A stretch of 64,000 nt of DNA from Candidatus Bipolaricaulota bacterium (GCA_030606565.1 JAUWGE010000001.1:4478-68477), one strand, 5' to 3'; positions 43,601 through 53,115 are shown, counted from the first letter of the stretch. Notes: generated from the letters alone by a model not told the origin. Numbers and translations: made by a program.

Positions 43601-43943
43601 TTCCAACGGCATTGTTTGTCGTCAGGCGCGCACCGGTAACCTCTCCAACGATTGTCTGGCCGTTTCTGGAAACGATCAGCGTCGTGACAGCGACCGGTAT
43701 CGCACCAGCCCCGAGCTGAATTCCGGTAGCAGGGACACAATACGTGCCGTCCAGCTGAAGCGTTCCAGCCGGGTTGGCGCCCGTACCGTCAGCCACTGGG
43801 AGCGCAACCGCGGGACCGTAGTTGGCAGCAACACCAAGGTCATAAGTCCCCAGCGGGCACGCTGCAAAGATCGGGAGGGCAAAGACGGCCAGCCCCAGTA
43901 GGGCCGCCATCAAAATCCCGATTTTTATCCGATTTAATTTCAC
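40605..43943 (-). CDS. Large secreted parallel beta-helix repeat protein with conserved cassette plus sorting-type C-terminal domain
   Basis: GTG start after GGAGGT. The signal peptide is MKLNRIKIGILMAALLGLAVFALPIFA. There are dozens of N-rich beta-helix rungs (NNTI.GN, VKNNT). The C-terminal 200 aa are ~75% identical to the S8 protease tail. The last 110 nt are near-identical to 34062..34170. Confidence 0.8.
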   Translation of the reverse strand: MKLNRIKIGILMAALLGLAVFALPIFAACPLGTYDLGVAANYGPAVALPVADGTGANPAGTLQLDGTYCVPATGIQLGAGAIPVAVTTLIVSRNGQTIVGEVTGARLTTNNAVGILVNIGIQDVTLQNFDIFSSGGAADDAIVCNGNARIQGMTFNDGAGAFATAAIQLAGNDCIVKNNTFNLTIGAVPAIQLTLGIGAQVYDNQVIGALAVPAPTFFIENASAASYNTLSAWNNTINFAGQLVGGANGYTNSVIRDNIAGQLRTNGIDLAGDSNNTQVLRNIFTYAQAAGGIGILDAGGSNNQYRDNQVTGGGTGGDAIQFGSSNAIISGNQLDATTAGDAIDAATSGATNATITDNSVLGAAANGILMNVGANSNFTVTGNTFNNLGAAGIANAGGGTNHMISTNTFVSVGGAGITSAGNNTISNNEFTGVNGGNGIGTGVNDQVIGNKITAVTLGDGINVAGGNVLVKDNTVKSVSGGFDGIDLTVANCEVTGNTVDTVTGGGAGILFGGGNQIVKNNTIKNILTGGIGMDVVNFNNNEILNNTIFSVSQDGILVNGGDNNNIVGNTVENAAKDAVNVAASRFAAIRLDDIGGANAGADNNVVDGNTVINAGSSTYAVGIDVLDSSGAGTVPDNCDIINNTVKDFTTVTGDSTDVAVGIRMLAGTNNTLVGNTVTNTGNLRVGIDITTPNETPVKNNTIEGMIDVGLRLRGGTINNPLEVKGNILTGNVTGISMESGAADITNVNKVYGGATALLVTTLGNADTFDLHGNCFDAPILARNDGLGMLDATDNGWGVEPVKGVNVFGDVDFTGWTLCGTVPGKSHIYGAAAGWYMVSVPLNSGTPSALFGTVAYRWNCATEVYDIVSMVEPEFGYWVSLPASKSVTDSGSQVTSDVTINISCTGWHQVSAPWSYPKSAIKVIKGAQEKTWADAATAGWVRDDIYAYSATGTDYTMPSTINPWYGYWVRANVSGLSLKLLYASGTPVSASFAPMGPKALVVPADLPPMPPSPSVGADDLEFGNYPNPIVDVHTTTFAVKGAGAAFVDAVKVEIYDLAGRLVYEAEEAGTSLDWHTDSDYGEYLANGVYLYKLYALVNGEWVVSETKKLAILR

Positions 43944-44177
43944 TTTGTACCTCCTCTTTTCTTTTTCTATTTTGTCACTTCGTCCGTCTCTTCTATTATA
44001 CAGGTTATTATCTATGGCTAAACACCTCCTAAATCAGTCCGGAGTCCAAAGTCCGGAGTCGAGGAACGAGGACAGAGGCATTGCTGCCGTAGTCGCATCC
44101 TCTCATACTCATGCTTTCACCTCGATCCAAGGATCTCGATCCAAGGATCTCGATCCCTCGCACCTGCGTAGCCTATT

Positions 44178-45128
44178 CTATAGTGGTGGCTCTTCCAGTG
44201 GCTTTTCCTCCTCGCCCCCGCCCAGAATGTCACCGAGCGAGAACTCAGCCGAAAGCACAAGCGTGTTTCCAATCGCCTCGTTCAGGAGGTAGGCCGCGTC
44301 CACGTACAGGCCGGCCACGCTGATCCCCGCACCAACGGAGAAGTAGTAGTCCTGGAAGTCATTGGTCAGGACTACACCCCCGCGCAGCGCGAGCTCCTCG
44401 ATGACCTTAAACTCCATCCCGAGGTGGGCATCGCCTAGATTCGTTCCGTCAAAGTCCATGTCAGCGGCGAAGATCAGCGTGTCATCGACCAACCGCATCG
44501 CCATTCCCGCCGTGTATAGGGCGGAGACGGTGTCCTGTGTACCACTGTCCCAGGTGATCTTCGTGCCACCGAGGTCGGCCGCATTCACACCAAATGTGAA
44601 TATCTCGCCGAGGTTAACCAGAAGGCCAAGGTCAAAACCGAAGCCATCGGCCGTTGCCCCTAGCCCGGAATCGGCCATGTAGTACTTGACGTTGGCACCG
44701 GCAAGGCCGATGTCAAAGACGTTTGCCGCTAAGGTACCGATGATCGCCTGTTCGCTCCAGGTGAACACGTCACCCAGATCCCCGTTCGCATCGACCACCT
44801 GTGAAGCAACGGAAGCCCGCTCCCAGGAAAGGCCGATTCCGAGGTCGGCGAACATGGTCGTCGCGCCGACAAACTGGTGCGTGATCCCCAGGCCGAACAG
44901 ATCGGTCGACATCCCAGAAAGGCGGGTGTCATCTAGCTGGGCCAGTCCTGCCGGGTTCCAAATTACTGCCGTAGTGTCGTCCACAACGGCTACAAATGCA
45001 CCGCCCATGGCCAGTGCTCGCGCGCCTAACCCGCTCTTGAAGGCACTGAACGCACCAGTGCCATCAGCCAGGGCAAACGCGGAGATAACCATGATGAGCG
45101 CTAGACTTACCACTATCACTCGTTTCAT
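44178..45128 (-). CDS. PorV/PorQ-like outer-membrane beta-barrel protein (putative), paralog of 21628..22632
   Basis: A signal peptide is followed by GARALAMGGAFVAVVDDTTAVIWNPAGLA. The gene lies immediately downstream of the 1055-aa gene that carries the sorting-type C-terminal domain. Confidence 0.45.
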   Translation of the reverse strand: MKRVIVVSLALIMVISAFALADGTGAFSAFKSGLGARALAMGGAFVAVVDDTTAVIWNPAGLAQLDDTRLSGMSTDLFGLGITHQFVGATTMFADLGIGLSWERASVASQVVDANGDLGDVFTWSEQAIIGTLAANVFDIGLAGANVKYYMADSGLGATADGFGFDLGLLVNLGEIFTFGVNAADLGGTKITWDSGTQDTVSALYTAGMAMRLVDDTLIFAADMDFDGTNLGDAHLGMEFKVIEELALRGGVVLTNDFQDYYFSVGAGISVAGLYVDAAYLLNEAIGNTLVLSAEFSLGDILGGGEEEKPLEEPPL

Positions 45129-45206
45129 CGTTGTTGTTACCCCCTTATTTAATCGATCGGGGACCCTCCGGGGCCGTTTCCGACCCCGGAAGATCGCCTC
45201 TCTTAT

Positions 45207-48200
45207 TTACTTATTGATGAACACCGTGCTCTTGGCGATATGGATGTCCTCGCCAGCAACAACCATCATCACGTAGAGGTAAGGACCGTTGGCAAGGTCA
45301 GCACCGTCCCACGTGATCTCATTGCTGCCTAAAGCACCTTCCAGCTCCGCTACAAGATGACCGGATGCGTCGTACACGGTGACCGTAAACGAGTCGGCAG
45401 GCCCTATCCCGTAGCTGAAGGTAACTTCAGTATCGAATGGGTTAGGCTTCACGATCGGCTCAAACACCAACTCACTGGCCACGATACTGACCGTGTGAGA
45501 GGAGCTGTCCAGCGGATCGGTCGGATCGGTGTAGGTCGCGGTGATCGTATCACCGGCTACCGCACCGAGATCGGCCATGCTGATCGCCTCTGTGATGAAC
45601 GTGTCGGTGTTCGCCCCCTCAAGGTAGGAGAGGTCGTAGGCGATGCCTTCGACTTCCAGACCGGTCAGGATACTGGCACCGGTATGGGATGGGTCGATGA
45701 CCTTTACGTACACGTCATCAACGTCGGTGTACTGCATCACCACGTTGCCCTCGGCATCGGTGAACCTGGTCGTTGAGGCCTCTCCCGGGGGCACACCGCC
45801 ACCACCACAGCCGACCTTGATGGAGATCCAGGCCGAATCACTGTGGTTTGACGGGTCCTGATATACAGCGATCATCGTGTCGCCCGGCAGTGCACCGAGC
45901 ATTGGCAGGCACTCGTACTGGGTGACCAGATCGATGCAGGTCACACTCCGGAAGATACCCGTGGCCACACCGGACTCCATCAGATCCACCGGTACCCAGC
46001 GGCCGTTTCGCGGGTTCAAGATGTACAGCTTGGCCAGGGTTCCGTTATCGGAGATGTTGGTGTCGCCCAGAAGCTCGTTCACCGGGTGAAACTCCTCATC
46101 GAGGAACCCACAGGGTACGTGGTTTGCAGCATAGTCCCACGGCCCGAACGGGAAGTTCTGCTGGCCGTCCCAGAAGGCGTCGATTCGCTCGCGACGGTAT
46201 TGGTCTTCATCCTGGTCAGGGTCAATCACCTCGACAAAGACGCAGTCAGAGTTCGTGTAACCGAATACTCTGTTTCCCTGCCTGTCAAGGAAGTACATGT
46301 TGACCGAGCCGGTCGCGCCGTTAAAGACTTGGGTGTCGGCAATCTCCATCAGGTCGAAGGAAACGTCGTTGTCCTTACGTATTCTATCGATCTGCGGCGG
46401 GAAGGCTGAGGCGATATTGCTATCGCCTAAAAGACCCATCTCCGCCTCTTCATACCATTGGTCATTATAGCGTACGTAGATCGAATCCTCGTTGAACGCC
46501 TCTAACTTCCAGTTGTCAAGCTGCAATTGGTAGCCGCCACGTGAGGCCGGCAGCCCTACCCCGAGCGCGTCCCACACCGGTAAAAGCTGGTATCCGGCGT
46601 TGGAGAAGAAGACGGGCGAATTTGAAGATGTCTCATCAAGGATGAGCCATTCGGAGTCGTCTTCCTCGTGTGGATCGCAGATGTGCACCACTACCTGCTC
46701 TGGGCAGCAAGGGTCGACGTTGGCGTTAGAGTCGATCACTTGCACGTACACTGGATCGCGACCGAGCCAGAACTCGGACTTATTCATGCGCAACGCATCG
46801 GTGAAGTTGGTGATGCTCGCGCACTCGCGGGACTCGATATAGGCTATAGCCAGCTTGAAGTCGTCAAAGTCGTTGGGGTCCAAGTAGTAAGCGACGAGCG
46901 TGTCGCAGACATCCAGTCTGTCAAACCCCAGGTCAACCAGTATGCTGTTTAACTTGAGTTCAAACACGCCGGTGTCCACGCCTGTCTCATGCGCGTAGAA
47001 CATCGCGCGGGCAAAGCCATCAGGATCGTCAGTCTCAAAGTAGGTAACGTTGCCATCGGCTTCTGTCGGGTACTCAACGTAGTAAGCGCCCTCAGACCTC
47101 GGTTGGTTGTTGTCGGGGTAGTTGGGCCCGATACCGCTATCGTAAATGTTGTACCAACGGATCGATACCTCCCGTCCGGGTGCGCTGTTCGCACCGGGAA
47201 CGACTCCGCCGAGGCGCTTTAACATGCAGAAGTTGGTGGCGCTTGTACCGTTAGCAAAGTCATCCGCCGGGTTCCAAGAACCGGGGTTGACGATGATGAA
47301 CACGGGCACGTACTCCGCCCGGTTGCAGTTTAAGTTCTCGTCTGGGTCGACCACCGTGATCGTCGCCGAGGAGTTCGCGTCCTTGTAGATCGGGCTTGCT
47401 CCTGGCTGGCCAGGGGTGATCGGACCGCACTCAGTGGCACCGCTCCAGTAAAGCTGTGCTTCGGTATCGATAATCTTGGCCATTCCAACCACGATATCCC
47501 CAAGATCGTTCGGATCCTGGTAGATCGTGACGAGCGTGTCCATGTTCTCAAACCGCCCACACGGCCACTCGTATGGCACAGCTGGGATAATCTGCATCGG
47601 CTCCATCCCTGCGCTTGAAGACGCTGGAGGTGGAGGCGGTGGACCTGGCGGCGGTGGTGGCGGTGGAGGTGGTGGCGGCGGTGGAGGTGGTGCCTCACCG
47701 CCTATCATCCCTTCCGTGAAGTTACCCAGGCAGTCAAACCAGCCGCGTATGCCGCCATTGACCCCAGTTAATGTGTTCGGATCCCAGGAATAGGCGTAAT
47801 TACCCCACTGGAAATCTTCCTGAACGATCGCGTGGGTTCCAAGCTCGGGATGGGAAAAATCCTCCCGCGTCCCGATCTGGAAGGCGCGCTTGCTCACAAA
47901 CAACCCTGTGTTCGCACCGGTCTCTTCCAGGTGGTCAGCCCCAACGTAACCGACCGGACCACCAGGGTAGTGCCCCTTAAACGGGTAGTATCCAGGGTCA
48001 TCGTACGCGAATCCGTTTGCGTCACCGTTTTCGTCCATATAGCTGACCCAGACGATATACGCGCCCGTCTTGGGATCGAAGATCTTGACATTGGTCCAAA
48101 TCTTGTCGCGCACATCACAATCGATATCTTCATCCGGATCGTAGACAGCGACCCATACCTCATCGCCTTCTTGTAGCAGTGTTACCCGGTTATTCCCGTT

Positions 48201-48314
48201 TGAGTCCGAGGAAAAGTATATATCCGCGGACGTCGCGAGGGTAGCCAGGGCAAAGAACGCCATGAGCAGAAATACCATGGCACTCCCTATAACTAGTTTC
48301 TTTTTCAAGGTCAT
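45207..48314 (-). CDS. Large secreted protein with poly-proline tract, repeated D-rich modules and sorting-type C-terminal domain
   Basis: The start is ATG 48314 after AAGGAGG. The signal peptide is MTLKKKLVIGSAMVFLLMAFFALATLATSA. A P15-GP6 tract is present. Repeated Y(Q/L)DPND / VIDPxxD motifs occur. The C-terminus is ...FTVTVYDASGHLVAELEG...GPYLYVMMVVAGEDIHIAKSTVFINK. Confidence 0.7.
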   Translation of the reverse strand: MTLKKKLVIGSAMVFLLMAFFALATLATSADIYFSSDSNGNNRVTLLQEGDEVWVAVYDPDEDIDCDVRDKIWTNVKIFDPKTGAYIVWVSYMDENGDANGFAYDDPGYYPFKGHYPGGPVGYVGADHLEETGANTGLFVSKRAFQIGTREDFSHPELGTHAIVQEDFQWGNYAYSWDPNTLTGVNGGIRGWFDCLGNFTEGMIGGEAPPPPPPPPPPPPPPPGPPPPPPASSSAGMEPMQIIPAVPYEWPCGRFENMDTLVTIYQDPNDLGDIVVGMAKIIDTEAQLYWSGATECGPITPGQPGASPIYKDANSSATITVVDPDENLNCNRAEYVPVFIIVNPGSWNPADDFANGTSATNFCMLKRLGGVVPGANSAPGREVSIRWYNIYDSGIGPNYPDNNQPRSEGAYYVEYPTEADGNVTYFETDDPDGFARAMFYAHETGVDTGVFELKLNSILVDLGFDRLDVCDTLVAYYLDPNDFDDFKLAIAYIESRECASITNFTDALRMNKSEFWLGRDPVYVQVIDSNANVDPCCPEQVVVHICDPHEEDDSEWLILDETSSNSPVFFSNAGYQLLPVWDALGVGLPASRGGYQLQLDNWKLEAFNEDSIYVRYNDQWYEEAEMGLLGDSNIASAFPPQIDRIRKDNDVSFDLMEIADTQVFNGATGSVNMYFLDRQGNRVFGYTNSDCVFVEVIDPDQDEDQYRRERIDAFWDGQQNFPFGPWDYAANHVPCGFLDEEFHPVNELLGDTNISDNGTLAKLYILNPRNGRWVPVDLMESGVATGIFRSVTCIDLVTQYECLPMLGALPGDTMIAVYQDPSNHSDSAWISIKVGCGGGGVPPGEASTTRFTDAEGNVVMQYTDVDDVYVKVIDPSHTGASILTGLEVEGIAYDLSYLEGANTDTFITEAISMADLGAVAGDTITATYTDPTDPLDSSSHTVSIVASELVFEPIVKPNPFDTEVTFSYGIGPADSFTVTVYDASGHLVAELEGALGSNEITWDGADLANGPYLYVMMVVAGEDIHIAKSTVFINK

Positions 48315-48972
48315 ACCTCCTTCTTCGGGTTTTCGATTTCGCTTGCAAAAACTTCTTCGACATTTTTCATCCAAGCTGACTGACCTCCTTCTTCGGTAAG
48401 AACCCTCGTCCGAGATTTCGTACCACCCCCCTCATTATCTCCCAGTGTATCCTTCCTTTGTTTCTTGCTTTTAATCCTTAAGGATGAGGCTTTTATCCCA
48501 TCCTAGCCCGTTATAAAGCCTTCTGTCAAGACACACACCTTCTCTCAAGTGACCAGAGAGCACCACACCGACCCCATCTATTATGGATACAAACTTCGAG
48601 CATCTTATCACACCACAGCAACCCGTGTCAAGTCCGGAAAGAATCACTTTGAAGTTGCACCAAGTATCTCTTGCGGCCGTAAGAGGCGGTGATGGGGCTA
48701 ACGCCTGAGTGGCTCCGCAATCCAGACACTTGTTTCCCACCTCCTTTGCTGGGAGATGACTGCATCCTGAACCTAACGTTGCTCCCTCCCTTTGGTGAAG
48801 GAGCTTGGTGTGGCCGGATGCGTCTTTGCGTCCGGCCAAGGTGGGACAGGTGTCCAACGGCGGACACGGGTTCCGCCGCTCGTATGCTGGTAGTGAGGCG
48901 ATGGTGCGCCGTTGACATTCCGACAAATCTGTTGCTACAATATCGAGGAAGACGGGTCTAGCGAAGGCAGGC

Positions 48973-49276
48973 ATGAATCATGTAGGAATCACTGTCCCTA
49001 AAGACAGCGTTACCAAATTTTTGTCAGCACCACCATATACGCAAACTCGCCCTCTTCGGATCAGTACTGCGTGAGGATTTCGGGGCGGAGAGTGACGTGG
49101 ATGTATTGGTGGAATTCGAACCAGGACACGTGCCCGGCTTTATCCGTTTAGCGGGCATGGAGTTTGAGCTTGAGGAACTATTCAGCGGACGGAAAGTGGA
49201 CCTGCGGACACCAGAAGACTTGAGCCGGTATTTTCGCGATGGAGTGGTGGCCACGGCGATGGTTCTTTATGGATAA
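48973..49276 (+). pseudogene. MNT-type nucleotidyltransferase (HEPN/MNT antitoxin) with a frameshift in a T5 run
   Basis: Frame 1 reads [21 protein letters not shown]...*. Frame 2 reads ...[84 protein letters not shown]. Removing one T at ~49023 joins them into a canonical ~100-aa MNT. Confidence 0.5.
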
Positions 49277-49381
49277 GGCCGATGAAATACGGTTACGTCA
49301 TATGCGGGGGTGCGGTGCGGGATGCCATCAGTTTCGCGACACCTAGCTATCAAATCATCAGTTTTCGTACCAGTTGCCAAT
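49269..49381 (+). pseudogene. Truncated HEPN (DUF86) toxin remnant
   Basis: [12 protein letters not shown]... then a frameshift to ...VRDAISFATPSYQIISFRTSCQ*. It is about 40 aa against an expected ~115. Confidence 0.35.
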
Positions 49382-49478
49382 AAAGCCCGGTCCATGATCA
49401 GGGTTTGAATTACGCTTCTGGGAGTAGTATCATTATAATAGTATCATCACTAGATGAAGAAATTGATACTCTTGAGAG

Positions 49479-49772
49479 GTGATGAAGATGAGTGTCTATT
49501 CTAAGGCTAAAGCAAAGAGCGGACCTCTTCGCACCAGGAGGGTTCAGACGGTCCTCACCAGTGAGCAATACGACCTCCTGTTACAGATAGCCAAGAAGAA
49601 GCACAAACCGGTAAGCGCCCTCGTGCGTGAGGCGCTCGAGGCGGGATGTCTTAAGGAGGAGCTGTGCACCCAGCGCCAACGTGCTCTAAAAGGCCTCCTC
49701 TCCCTCAAGGCACCGGTGGCTGACTGGGAGAAGATGGAGTCCGAGATCCTCGAAGGGGCCATGGATGGGTAA
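49479..49772 (+). CDS. RHH/VapB-like antitoxin
   Basis: ...RTRRVQTVLTSEQYDLLLQIAKKKHKPVSALVREALEAG is a ribbon-helix-helix fold. It overlaps the downstream PIN gene. Confidence 0.55.
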   Translation: MMKMSVYSKAKAKSGPLRTRRVQTVLTSEQYDLLLQIAKKKHKPVSALVREALEAGCLKEELCTQRQRALKGLLSLKAPVADWEKMESEILEGAMDG

Positions 49773-50220
49773 GGTCTTCCTGGATGTGAACATCCCCATG
49801 TATGCCGGTGGCAAGGACCATCCCTACAAGGAGTCATGTGCTTGGATCATGACCGAGGTAGCGGAAAGAAGGCTTAAGGTGGCCACGGACACCGAAGTTA
49901 TCCAAGAAATCCTCTACCGTTACGGAGCAATAGAGCGGTGGGAAACCGGCGTGGCGATGGCTAACGCTGTTATGGAGCTTGTCCCCGAGATCTACCCCGT
50001 CAACTTAGCCGACATTCGCCGCGCGGTCAATCTCTTCCAAACCTACGGGCCAAAAGGGGTTACTGCCAGAGATGCACTTCATGTAGCCGTGATGATGAAT
50101 AAGGGCTTAAACGAGATTCTCTCCACTGATTCCCACTTCGATCTTATCAAGGAAATAAAGCGGCTGGACCCCAAAACCCTCTTTCGTCAAGGCAAAACAA
50201 CCAAGAGAACACCTCCTTGA
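49765..50220 (+). CDS. vapC: PIN-domain toxin VapC
   Basis: MGKVFLDVNIPMYAGG...DALHVAVMMNKGLNEILSTDSHFD is the PIN pattern. Confidence 0.75.
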   Translation: MGKVFLDVNIPMYAGGKDHPYKESCAWIMTEVAERRLKVATDTEVIQEILYRYGAIERWETGVAMANAVMELVPEIYPVNLADIRRAVNLFQTYGPKGVTARDALHVAVMMNKGLNEILSTDSHFDLIKEIKRLDPKTLFRQGKTTKRTPP

Positions 50221-50559
50221 GGTGAGGAAGCCTCCTGAAATGGATTAGCCTCTTGCCTTCACTGGCGAGTCTTGCCTCGGAGAGCATGCGATCAAAGGCC
50301 AACAATTCGTAACACTGTCTCTGTCAACGAACCCTCCTGTTTTTTTGCTTGCCTGCTTGGGGGGTGTAGTAACCGGTTTGGGACTTATTACACCCCCCGG
50401 GTGGGGTGTAGTAAACAGCTCGTCATGTACTACACCCTCCAGGTCTTGTTCACCGGGGAGAAGTCCCACCTCTGGGTCGATGATCTACGAGCCTTGACAG
50501 GGATGAGCAAAAGGTATTATTGTAGGGTGGGTTCAGCAAATCCTGTTTGGAGGTACGAA

Positions 50560-51201
50560 ATGAACATGGTCTACAGAAGCTTACCGATCGCGCTTTCTCT
50601 TCTTCTCCTCTTCTCGCTGGCTGCTGTTGCCGCACCGGCGCTTCTCATGACGAATACCGGAAAGACGCAGGAAGGGAGCCTCATGGGGATTTCCCCCGTG
50701 ATCCGTCTTAACGTTCCCCGGTCGGCATCACCGTTTGGCCCACCGCAGGCGTTTGACATTCCGCTGTCCACAGTTTGCCAGATCACGGTTGACTTTCCTC
50801 GCCTGATCATTGAGACAGACAAGCGGGTCTACCTTGGTCCCTTCTCCGCGTTTAGCGGAATCTCGGAGCTTCTCGCGCTCCGCACAAAAGACGAGACGCT
50901 CAAGTTTCCCACCGCCTCCCTGCGAGCGATCGCCCTTCACGGTAACCCGCTTGGGCCGGTGCCACGACAGTGGCTGGGAGATAAGTTTCTATTGCTGCCA
51001 GAGGTGCTAACCGCTCAAGCTTTACAGGCGGAGGACGGCGAAACTCTCCCCGAAGAGCCAAGCGAGAGGATCTACTGGGAGGAACTTTATCCAACACTCC
51101 CTCCTGAGCCCACTCAGGAGACGAGCTGGTGGCTAAATGCGTTGATCTTTGCCGGCCTGGCGGCCCTGGTGTACTTCAGCCTCAGCTCAAGTGGGGGTTA
51201 A
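50560..51201 (+). CDS. Secreted hypothetical protein with C-terminal TM anchor
   Basis: The start is ATG after GGAGGT. The signal peptide is MNMVYRSLPIALSLLLLFSLAAVAAPA. The C-terminus is WWLNALIFAGLAALVYFSLSSSGG. Confidence 0.5.
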   Translation: MNMVYRSLPIALSLLLLFSLAAVAAPALLMTNTGKTQEGSLMGISPVIRLNVPRSASPFGPPQAFDIPLSTVCQITVDFPRLIIETDKRVYLGPFSAFSGISELLALRTKDETLKFPTASLRAIALHGNPLGPVPRQWLGDKFLLLPEVLTAQALQAEDGETLPEEPSERIYWEELYPTLPPEPTQETSWWLNALIFAGLAALVYFSLSSSGG

Positions 51202-51257
51202 ACGTAGTTTTTTCCCCGTAGTTCTTCGTCGGGGAGGTGCCACGCCGCTACCTGGTT

Positions 51258-51368
51258 GAAGAAAGCGATCAGCTTTCAGCGATCAGCTTTCAGCAAATAA
51301 TCTCGGTAGATGGGATTTTCCTGAGGGCTGACGGCTGAACGCTTGTTTCTTCCTGAGTGCTGATAGTT
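51258..51368. repeat. ~110-bp palindromic interspersed element (copy 2 of 2)
   Basis: gaagaaagcgatcagctttcagcgatcagctttcagcaaataatctcggtagatgggattttcctgagggctgacggctgaacgcttgtttcttcctgagtgctgatagtt. Confidence 0.6.
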
Positions 51369-51410
51369 CTGCTTGCAGGAGCGCTGTAAACACTCTACTA
51401 TCACTTTTAA

Positions 51411-51497
51411 GGAGGGATGACCGAATGGCAAGGAGCCGGTCTCGAAAACCGGTACGCCCGCAAGGGCTTCGGGGTTCGAATCCCCGTCCCTCCGCCA
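51411..51497 (+). tRNA. tRNA-Ser (anticodon CGA), CCA encoded
   Basis: Acceptor GGAGGGA/TCCCTCC. Anticodon arm CCGGT-CTCGAAA-ACCGG. A long variable arm is present. The 3' end is ...GCCA. Confidence 0.8.
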
Positions 51498-51501
51498 TTT
51501 T

Positions 51502-51574
51502 GCGCCCGTAGCTCAGAGGACAGAGCGTCGCACTGCGGCTGCGAAGGTCGGAGGTTCGAGTCCTCCCGGGCGTA
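51502..51574 (+). tRNA. tRNA-Arg (anticodon read as GCG)
   Basis: GCGCCCGTAGCTCAGAGGACAGAGCGTCGCACTGCGGCTGCGAAGGTCGGAGGTTCGAGTCCTCCCGGGCGTA. The anticodon loop is CTGCGGC. Confidence 0.6.
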
Positions 51575-52396
51575 CTCAGTGCAGCTTAACCGAGAACCGA
51601 TGGTGAAAGGTTCTCCGCATGGTGAACTCAGCCGTCCTCCACAGATCGCTGGTATCCAGTCGAAGCACTTGCTTTCCGCATCGAACCGCTACAATCATTG
51701 CAACATCTCGCCTCTGCTACGTGCAGAGGAAAGGGGGTGATCCGTATGACAGAAGGTCCAAGACGGTCAGCGGTCACCCCCTTGTTCACAGTCCTTTAAG
51801 TTGTCGAGCGATTTCTACCACCCAGCGAGAATCTCAGGGCTAATCTTGATCCCGGTATTCGCATGTCCGGGACGGTCATGAGAAGATGCTTGTAGGAGCG
51901 GCTGCTGACCTCAATAGGGCATAAGCAGGAAGTTACATGGGTTCACACCTACCTAATGGTTTCGCGGGCCACCCGGCCACGATCGACGATGTCCCGGCGG
52001 TCGTGGATTGCTCGCCTGTTTCAACCCGTCACCCGCCGAGACGCAAGCGTCACACAGAAAGCACAGGCCCTGTTCACACTCTCCTCACATACGTGGCGTA
52101 GATTATCAACATACGGGAGCACAAAACACCTCCATACCGAATGAGACGAGGGACCAAAAGGCCCCTCGCTTCTTTTGCCATCGGGGGCAATGGGGGTGAA
52201 AACAAGCGTTATCGACTGAACAGCTCAAGCACTTCTACGCCTAAAGAGACTCAACTCGCCTGCTTTTGCTACACAAGATACGCTTTCGTTGCGAGAGTGG
52301 CTAATCCCTCTCAATCAGTTTTCGTGCTATACTTTAGGACGCAGGGTTACTGAACGGGAAATACAAAAGACGCCAATCAGGAGGAAGGTGCGTGAG

Positions 52397-52870
52397 ATGA
52401 GACGGACTGCTCAACTGCTTCTTTTCGTGTCTCTGATATTGGTGCCGGTCCTGATAGGACAAGGGATGGACATTGGGGCTAAGTTTGGTACGCAAACTTC
52501 TTCCCTTGTGATCCAGGCTGAGTGGGATATTTCACCGAACCTCACTATGACAATCTTTCTTGAGCCTCAACTTGGAAGTATTGTCAACCCAGCCACTGCC
52601 CAGACGCCGTCTTTTACCATCGGGCTAATAGGGAAGTACCGGTTTCCCAGTGCGAATTCCCCATTCGTACCATACTTAGGGTTGGGCGGGAGCCTCAAAC
52701 AACAGGGCCCCGAGACAACGATAGCAATAGAAGCACTCGCTGGCACACGCTTTTACCTTGCGTCAAACCTGTACCTGTTCGCTGAAGCGGCATTCTCTAT
52801 CTTCTTCCCAATAACCGATGTGGCAAACTGGTACAAGGACCTATATCTAGGGTTTGCTTTCCGCCTGTGA
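52397..52870 (+). CDS. Small outer-membrane beta-barrel (OmpW/OmpA-beta-like) protein
   Basis: The start follows AGGAGGAAGG. The signal peptide is MRRTAQLLLFVSLILVPVLIGQG. Amphipathic beta strands follow. The C-terminus is LYLGFAFRL. Confidence 0.55.
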   Translation: MRRTAQLLLFVSLILVPVLIGQGMDIGAKFGTQTSSLVIQAEWDISPNLTMTIFLEPQLGSIVNPATAQTPSFTIGLIGKYRFPSANSPFVPYLGLGGSLKQQGPETTIAIEALAGTRFYLASNLYLFAEAAFSIFFPITDVANWYKDLYLGFAFRL

Positions 52871-53115
52871 TCTTCGCTAATCGACCCTCTCGGAGTTGTC
52901 GCGGTCGCCCTAAAAGGGGGATGGCTACCTATCAACTCTCTGCGCTCACGATCTAGATTGGCATCTCGTGGTGGAGGAAGAAGGCGCAATCAGAGGAGGG
53001 AATTGTCAGCTGTGCCCGAATCTACGCAACGAAAGCGATCAACTGTAGCAGCTCTTCCAATGGCAGGAGACTGCTTCTTTTTGTGCTATATTGGCAGCAC
53101 TAAAGGAGGATGCTG

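Noticed and set aside
51576-52396. Looked for RNase P RNA, tmRNA and SRP RNA signatures in the 0.8-kb ORF-free stretch after tRNA-Arg, and in 48375-48972
   Set aside because: The diagnostic motifs were not found: GGAAAGUCCGGGCUCC or ACAGAACCCGGCUUA for RNase P, tRNA-like ends for tmRNA, the GGUCCGGAAGGAAGCAGC helix-8 motif for SRP. Only partial chance matches were seen.
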